A stretch of DNA of 56,723 bases, counting the filler, from Candidatus Woesearchaeota archaeon (GTDB lineage Archaea; Nanobdellota; Nanobdellia; Woesearchaeales; CAZJJJ01), in the NCBI GenBank assembly GCA_046538795.1. It is 4 parts of 4 records of this genome, joined end to end, with 100 filler letters (N's around TTAATTAATTAA, not from the genome) between each part and the next. Parts side by side here need not be neighbours in the genome. Positions count along the whole stretch, not along the records: positions 35,645 to 52,834 come from JBKHIF010000028.1; positions 52,935 to 56,723 come from JBKHIF010000092.1; 2 more parts are not named here. The stretch is one strand, 5' to 3'. Made by a program: the position numbers and the translations under genes. The notes beneath the pieces are model-generated. The model was not told the origin of the DNA, did not search any database, and worked only from the letters and a program-made list of their open reading frames with translations. Below, piece after piece: positions 51,922-56,723 of the stretch. Each line of letters opens with the position of its first letter. Positions within the stretch are counted from its first letter, which is position 1.

Positions 51922-52689
51922 TCAATCAAAGGGACTTTTTATTTTCTTAATATCGTCTTTAGCAATATGTGTATAGATCTGTGTTGTTCTTACGCTGCTA
52001 TGTCCCAATAATTTTTGAATATATCTTAGATCAGTTCCCTTTTCCAAAAGATGTGTTGCAAAAGAATGTCTTAATGTATGCGGTGTTACATTTGATTTAA
52101 TATTTGCAAGTTTTGAAGCTTTCATGACAATTTCCTGAACAGATCTTTTATTGTATTTTTTGCCATTGTTCTCAATTACATACTTTTCACCTATATTAAA
52201 TTGCTTAAGCATTGATTTTACTTTTTTGGAAAGCAACGTAATGCGATCCTTATTTCCTTTTCCTGCTTTTACAAGAATTGTATTATCTATCATATTGATA
52301 TTTTCAGGCCTAAGATTAATCAGTTCAGAAAGCCTAAGTCCGGAAGAGTATAATAATGCGATAACAAGCCGGTGTTTCATATTATTCAATGAATGAATCA
52401 TTTTATTTATCTCAGTTTTTGAAAGAACTAAAGGAAGTCGTTTTGATTTCTTAGGAATAAATCTCTCAACATTTTGTTTCTCAAAAAACTGGATTGCTGC
52501 AGAAGCAAGTCGTGTTGAATTTGATGCAAATCCAGAATCAATCATCTTCAATATATAATCATCTCTAGAAATACCTGACTTCTTATATTTCCTAAAATGA
52601 AAAAGATAAGCCTTAATAGTTCTTTGAGAAAACCCCTTAAGCTTCATTTCATTTATCCCATTTCTTATGATATCTTCAAAATCAGCCAT
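51922..52689 (-). CDS. Tyrosine recombinase (XerA / integron-integrase-like)
   Basis: LYSSGLRLSE (R), GKGNKDR (K), HTLRHSFATH, LLGH and TTQIYTH (Y); C-terminal KSPFD. Start placed at MADFED. Confidence 0.93.
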   Translation of the reverse strand: MADFEDIIRNGINEMKLKGFSQRTIKAYLFHFRKYKKSGISRDDYILKMIDSGFASNSTRLASAAIQFFEKQNVERFIPKKSKRLPLVLSKTEINKMIHSLNNMKHRLVIALLYSSGLRLSELINLRPENINMIDNTILVKAGKGNKDRITLLSKKVKSMLKQFNIGEKYVIENNGKKYNKRSVQEIVMKASKLANIKSNVTPHTLRHSFATHLLEKGTDLRYIQKLLGHSSVRTTQIYTHIAKDDIKKIKSPFD

Positions 52690-52766
52690 ATCAAAAAGAG
52701 ATACAATAATTTTTAATAAAAATTGCCCCATAAAAAGCGAATATTTTTCGCCCAAAGCGAAATATA

Positions 52767-52794
52767 TCTGAGCTTAATAGATGTTATGTGCAAT
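52767..52794 (+). other. Putative recombination site (dif-like 11-6-11 / attI-like)
   Basis: TCTGAGCTTAA-TAGATG-TTATGTGCAAT compared with E. coli dif GGTGCGCATAA-TGTATA-TTATGTTAAAT; lies 78 bp upstream of the recombinase. Confidence 0.65.
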
Positions 52795-52834
52795 TTTGTA
52801 TATTTCTTAACAGCAAAAAAATTTTAGCTGGGAA

Positions 52835-52934
52835 NNNNNNNNNNNNNNNNNNNNNNNNNNNNNNNNNNNNNNNNNNNNTTAATTAATTAANNNNNNNNNN
52901 NNNNNNNNNNNNNNNNNNNNNNNNNNNNNNNNNN
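52835..52934. other. Artificial contig linker
   Basis: N-run with TTAATTAATTAA. Confidence 0.98.
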
Positions 52935-53312
52935 AATGTCATAAATCAGAATATATATGTTGACCTGGCAGGATATGATCAGGATGGGGATGGCTATGAT
53001 TATCTTTCTGACTGCAATGATGCAGATGAAGATATTAATCCAGGTGCAGAAGAGATATGTGACGGCATAGACAATGACTGCGACTCTGAAATTGATGAAG
53101 ATGGAGTGTGTCCTGATACTGATGGTGACGGAATTATTGACCTTTATGACAACTGCTGCTGTGTATATAATCCAGACCAGCTTGATTCTGATTTAGATGG
53201 TTATGGAAACATGTGTGATACTGATGATGATGGTGATGGGATATATGATGTGGATGAGATGCATTTTCAGTTTTCATTTTTTGAAATCCTGAAATTGATA
53301 GAGGAAATATAA
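52935..53312 (+). CDS. C-terminal fragment of a surface protein with MopE-like and thrombospondin type-3 Ca-binding repeats
   Basis: Frame open from the contig start: DQDGDGY..DCND..INPGAEEICDGIDNDCD..DTDGDGIIDLYDNC..DSDLDGYGNMCD. Confidence 0.85.
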   Translation, partial: NVINQNIYVDLAGYDQDGDGYDYLSDCNDADEDINPGAEEICDGIDNDCDSEIDEDGVCPDTDGDGIIDLYDNCCCVYNPDQLDSDLDGYGNMCDTDDDGDGIYDVDEMHFQFSFFEILKLIEEI

Positions 53313-53313
53313 T

Positions 53314-54177
53314 ATGAGAACAGGATTGCTTTTCGGACTTGTATTTTTAATTTTGGCATCTCTGACTGTTTCAGCTGTGCCTGACATCCCAATTACAATA
53401 AAAGGGACTGCATCTATTGATGGAGAAATAGTCTCTGCAGGAGATGATGTAGCTGTTTCAATAAAAGAAGGAGATATTTTCCTTGCTTATTTTGATTATT
53501 CAGAAGCATCATCTGATGAATATGCAGTAAGCATAAATACAGATAAGCTATCGTCAGGATTGATACAGATATTCATCAATGGGATAGAGGTAGAAGAAAG
53601 TCCTTATAATATAGGTTTTGAAGGCGGAATGAGATATACTTTTGATATTAACATAGATGTTAACAGCCAGGACGATACTGAAGATGATGATTATTCTGGT
53701 GGGAATTCTGGTTCGCAAGGAGGCTCAGGCAGTGTTGTTTTCATACCAAGAGATAGCCCGGATGATACCGAAGATGATGATCGTGATGATGATTCTGATG
53801 ATGATTCTGATGATGATTCTGATGATGATTCTGATGACAATTCCGACGATGATCGTGACGATAGTTCAGATAGCAGAAGAACACAAGACGATATATCAAC
53901 TGGCATGAATAAAGTTACAGGAAATACAGTTAAGGAAGAGGCATCTCAAGAAGAGTCAGATGTTTTTGAAAGTTCATATCTTGATGAAAACGATCTTTCT
54001 GATGAAGAACCAGAGCAGCGTGAGATAAAAGAAAATAAAGATGTTTCAGGAGATGCTTTTGAGGTTCTTGAAAGGGCTATATCCAAAAACCAGGAAGGAT
54101 TCATATCAATCATTGTTGTGATAATAATAGTGTTTGCATTGATCTTCCTTTTTTCAGGCGATAAGAAAAGGAAATAG
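53314..54177 (+). CDS. Secreted, membrane-anchored acidic protein with DDDS low-complexity tract
   Basis: Signal peptide, 12-bp GATGATGATTCT tandem units and C-terminal TM; architecture like 17005-17886. Confidence 0.85.
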   Translation: MRTGLLFGLVFLILASLTVSAVPDIPITIKGTASIDGEIVSAGDDVAVSIKEGDIFLAYFDYSEASSDEYAVSINTDKLSSGLIQIFINGIEVEESPYNIGFEGGMRYTFDINIDVNSQDDTEDDDYSGGNSGSQGGSGSVVFIPRDSPDDTEDDDRDDDSDDDSDDDSDDDSDDNSDDDRDDSSDSRRTQDDISTGMNKVTGNTVKEEASQEESDVFESSYLDENDLSDEEPEQREIKENKDVSGDAFEVLERAISKNQEGFISIIVVIIIVFALIFLFSGDKKRK

Positions 54178-54252
54178 ATTATTCATTTAACTCATCAATG
54201 GGAACAAAACCTTTAAATACAAGTTTCTTATCATTATTCTTGGAGGGTTAAT

Positions 54253-55743
54253 TTGAATTATCGAGGAAAACTGGGTATCTTGTTATTGTTGCTATTGTTT
54301 AGTGCTATTTCTGTTTCTGCTTTTACTGTTGAATCAGAAGAGGTAAATACTGAAATTTTTATAAATCAGACTGCTGAGGTTCGTCTTATTGTAAGAAATG
54401 ATGCTGATTTTGTTGATAAGTTCAGGATAAGTACAGGCGATTTTGACTGGTCATTATCTACAGATCCTTTATCTGATTATCTTTCAGGATTTACTGTGAG
54501 GCCTGGCGAGGAGAAGGAAGTAAGATTGTTTCTTGATCCTTCTGAGAAGATATTTACAGGAATCACTGTTATAAAACAGGTAAGGATTGAAGTTGAGTCT
54601 CAGGTTACAGGAACTTCCCAGTTTGAGCCGGTAAGGATAGAAATAAAATCAGATGTGCCTCCTCCTCCGCGGGAATATGTTCCTATAATACTTCTTTCAG
54701 GAGATGTAAACAAAAACGGCCAGGTTGATCCAAGGCGCGCATCTACTGTGACAATAACTCTTGACAACCGCAATAGGAGAAATCATCCTAATCTTACTGT
54801 AGAGGTAGAAAGCGAATTTCTTACTGATGATTTAAGGACTTCTCTTGAACCTCTTGAAAAAAAGAATCTTGAGTTTACGTATGTTGTTGATGATCCGCTT
54901 GAACCTCCAAAAAATACAAGCATTTTTGTAAGAGTTACAGCACACAATTATACTATTGCAAACGATCCTCGCATAACCATCCCGATAGAGATCATAGCGT
55001 ATTCTGATGTGAACAGGGAAGAGGTTGTTGAAAATAACTGGTTTAAATATAAAAAGAACATAAATATCCTTAATGATGGAAACATAGGTCATGAAGAGAT
55101 TGTAAGGGTTGAAACAAACTGGCTTAAGTCTTTATTTACCTCAACTTCGCCAAAGGCAAGAACGCTTACTGAGAGCGGAGTGACTTATCTTGAGTGGGAT
55201 ATATCTCTTGTGCCGCAGGGTGTTGTGACGCTTAATATAACAGTTAATTACAGGCCGGTATTTTATGTGATTTTCGGATCAATACTTCTGATATCATTAT
55301 ATTATCTCTTAAGAAGTCCTCTTATCGTAAAGAAACAGGCAATAAACATACAGATGTATGAGGGAGGGATATCTGAGATGAAAATCCTGATTCATCTTAA
55401 GAACAGGACTGCAAACACATATAATACTCTTGTACTCGCAGAGCGCGTACCTAAGATTGCGGATTATGTTCCTTCAGATTCCATGGGAAACATACTTCCC
55501 TCCAAGGTTCTTAGGCATGAGAAAAAAGGCACTATGCTTAAATGGAAAATTGAGGTTCTTGATCCTTTTGAGGAAAGGATAATCATCTATAAGATAAAGG
55601 CAAAGCTTACTATCTTAGGCAGGTTCCTTCTTCCGGCAACTATCGCCAAGTTCAAGGATGAAGGCGGCGGAGATTATGTGGTTCATTCGAACAAACTTAA
55701 GATAACAAACCTTGGAAAAGAGGACTCAGAAGATTCAAAATAA
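54253..55743 (+). CDS. Hypothetical membrane protein with Ig-like domains on both sides of one TM
   Basis: Signal peptide, beta-rich domains and an internal TM helix. Confidence 0.8.
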   Translation: MNYRGKLGILLLLLLFSAISVSAFTVESEEVNTEIFINQTAEVRLIVRNDADFVDKFRISTGDFDWSLSTDPLSDYLSGFTVRPGEEKEVRLFLDPSEKIFTGITVIKQVRIEVESQVTGTSQFEPVRIEIKSDVPPPPREYVPIILLSGDVNKNGQVDPRRASTVTITLDNRNRRNHPNLTVEVESEFLTDDLRTSLEPLEKKNLEFTYVVDDPLEPPKNTSIFVRVTAHNYTIANDPRITIPIEIIAYSDVNREEVVENNWFKYKKNINILNDGNIGHEEIVRVETNWLKSLFTSTSPKARTLTESGVTYLEWDISLVPQGVVTLNITVNYRPVFYVIFGSILLISLYYLLRSPLIVKKQAINIQMYEGGISEMKILIHLKNRTANTYNTLVLAERVPKIADYVPSDSMGNILPSKVLRHEKKGTMLKWKIEVLDPFEERIIIYKIKAKLTILGRFLLPATIAKFKDEGGGDYVVHSNKLKITNLGKEDSEDSK

Positions 55744-55759
55744 AAAGGTGATTAGAAAA

Positions 55760-56299
55760 ATGGTCAGTGTGAATATTCCTGATAATTTTATTTCAAATGG
55801 ACTTAAGATTGGCGTGCTTGTAATAATAGTTGTCATGCTTTCGACTTTTCTTAAGCCATCACTTACTGGTAATTTTGTAAAGGACATAGAGGCTTTGAAT
55901 GCATCAGTTACAAGCTGCCAAAATGTAATAGATGAACAAAAAAATGAGATAGAACTTCTGAATGATACATTAAATATAGCTTCATCAGACGTTGATAAAC
56001 TTAGTGAAGAGCTTGATGAGTGCAATAAATTAAGAGATTCATCAAATCAGGACTATATGCTTTTAAGGAACCAATATAACAAGACACGTGAAGAGTTCAA
56101 TTCAATGAAAGTTGATTACAATGACTATAAAAAAAAGCTCAATGAATCAGAGAATGCATATCAGGATGTTGTAAAAAATTCAGCAAACACTATATGCTGC
56201 ATGAAGCGTGTTGAGAATCCTGCAATCAAGTATTATACAGTCAGGGAAGGCTCAATCAAGTGCCTTGAGTCAGGTGAACTTGAACTTGAATGTCCATAA
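55760..56299 (+). CDS. Membrane-anchored coiled-coil protein with Cys-rich C-terminus
   Basis: TM, LTGNFV motif, heptads, then ICCMKR...CLES...CP. Confidence 0.8.
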   Translation: MVSVNIPDNFISNGLKIGVLVIIVVMLSTFLKPSLTGNFVKDIEALNASVTSCQNVIDEQKNEIELLNDTLNIASSDVDKLSEELDECNKLRDSSNQDYMLLRNQYNKTREEFNSMKVDYNDYKKKLNESENAYQDVVKNSANTICCMKRVENPAIKYYTVREGSIKCLESGELELECP

Positions 56300-56427
56300 A
56301 TATTTATACATTGTATGCTGCCACTCTACTGACTGATGGAGTGAAACATTGTACAATGTGCTCGAAAAATCAGTGACCTGAGATCTAGGCGAGCATGTCG
56401 CTGGTGGTCACGATTATTTTTTGACAA

Positions 56428-56438
56428 TTTTTATATAA
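56428..56438 (+). promoter_or_regulatory. TATA box for tRNA-Pro
   Basis: TTTTTATATAA about 26 nt upstream of the tRNA 5' end. Confidence 0.6.
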
Positions 56439-56463
56439 TTTCTTTTTCTCCTTTCTTACCATA

Positions 56464-56534
56464 GGGACCTTAGTGTAGTGGTATCATTCTACCCCGGGGC
56501 GGTAGCGACCTGAGTTCGATTCTCAGGGGTCCCA
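56464..56534 (+). tRNA. tRNA-Pro (GGG), no intron, CCA not encoded
   Basis: Acceptor GGGACCT/GGGTCCC-A; anticodon stem CTACC/GGTAG with loop CCGGGGC; T arm CTGAG-TTCGATT-CTCAG. Confidence 0.93.
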
Positions 56535-56723
56535 TTTGAGCTTCCTATCACGTGGGGGTTTCTTTATGAAACCCCCACTAGCATGCTTTTAGTAAAATTT
56601 TTAGCAAAAATTTTGTGGGATTCATTCAGGGGTCCCATTTGAGCTTCCTATCACGTGGGGTTTCTTTTTGAAACCCCCACTAGCATGCTTTTAGTAAAAT
56701 TTTTAGCAAAAATTTTGTGGGAT
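56518..56723 (+). repeat. ~103-bp tandem repeat array starting within the tRNA-Pro 3' end
   Basis: TCAGGGGTCCCA ends at 56534 and 56637; the unit contains the hairpin GTGGGGGTTTC-TTTAT-GAAACCCCCAC. Confidence 0.95.

Noticed and set aside
53785..53850. GATGATGATTCT repeats containing ATGATGA and CTGA, resembling C/D boxes
   Set aside because: In-frame DDDS low-complexity coding sequence.
56334..56369. Hammerhead ribozyme (CTGATG...CTCGAAA)
   Set aside because: Core A9 is missing and no stem I or UH cleavage site can be formed.

Overview
AT-rich archaeal DNA, most likely a DPANN (Woesearchaeota-like) genome bin. This is inferred from EF-1beta, the RNase P subunit Rpp21, Nip7-like and DUF1610 genes, TATA-type promoters, and bacterial-type GAPDH, Pta and AckA. 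The window is four contigs (1-18166, 18267-35544, 35645-52834, 52935-56723) joined by artificial 100-nt N/TTAATTAATTAA linkers. Coding content includes fermentative metabolism (porGDA, pta, ackA, gap, pgk), a minimal SUF pair (SufC plus SufB-like with an in-frame TGA), HerA, a Lon-like S16 protease, an MNT-HEPN toxin-antitoxin pair, many surface and coiled-coil proteins, and a tyrosine recombinase. Most notable signals: (1) a tRNA-Pro-anchored ~103-bp tandem array that re-copies the tRNA 3' end, appears at both window ends and leads into three paralogous unknown genes; (2) a structured ~140-210-nt element present three times; (3) a dif/attI-like 28-bp site just upstream of an IntI/Xer-like recombinase at a contig break; (4) a perfect 49-bp direct repeat bracketing the TA pair; (5) a dual-guide C/D box sRNA complementary to the 23S peptidyl-transferase region; (6) a pseudoknot-capable RNA upstream of the tRNA; (7) apparent pseudo-enzymes (GS-like, FAD/Fe-S pair). 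All calls are by eye; no database searches were run.
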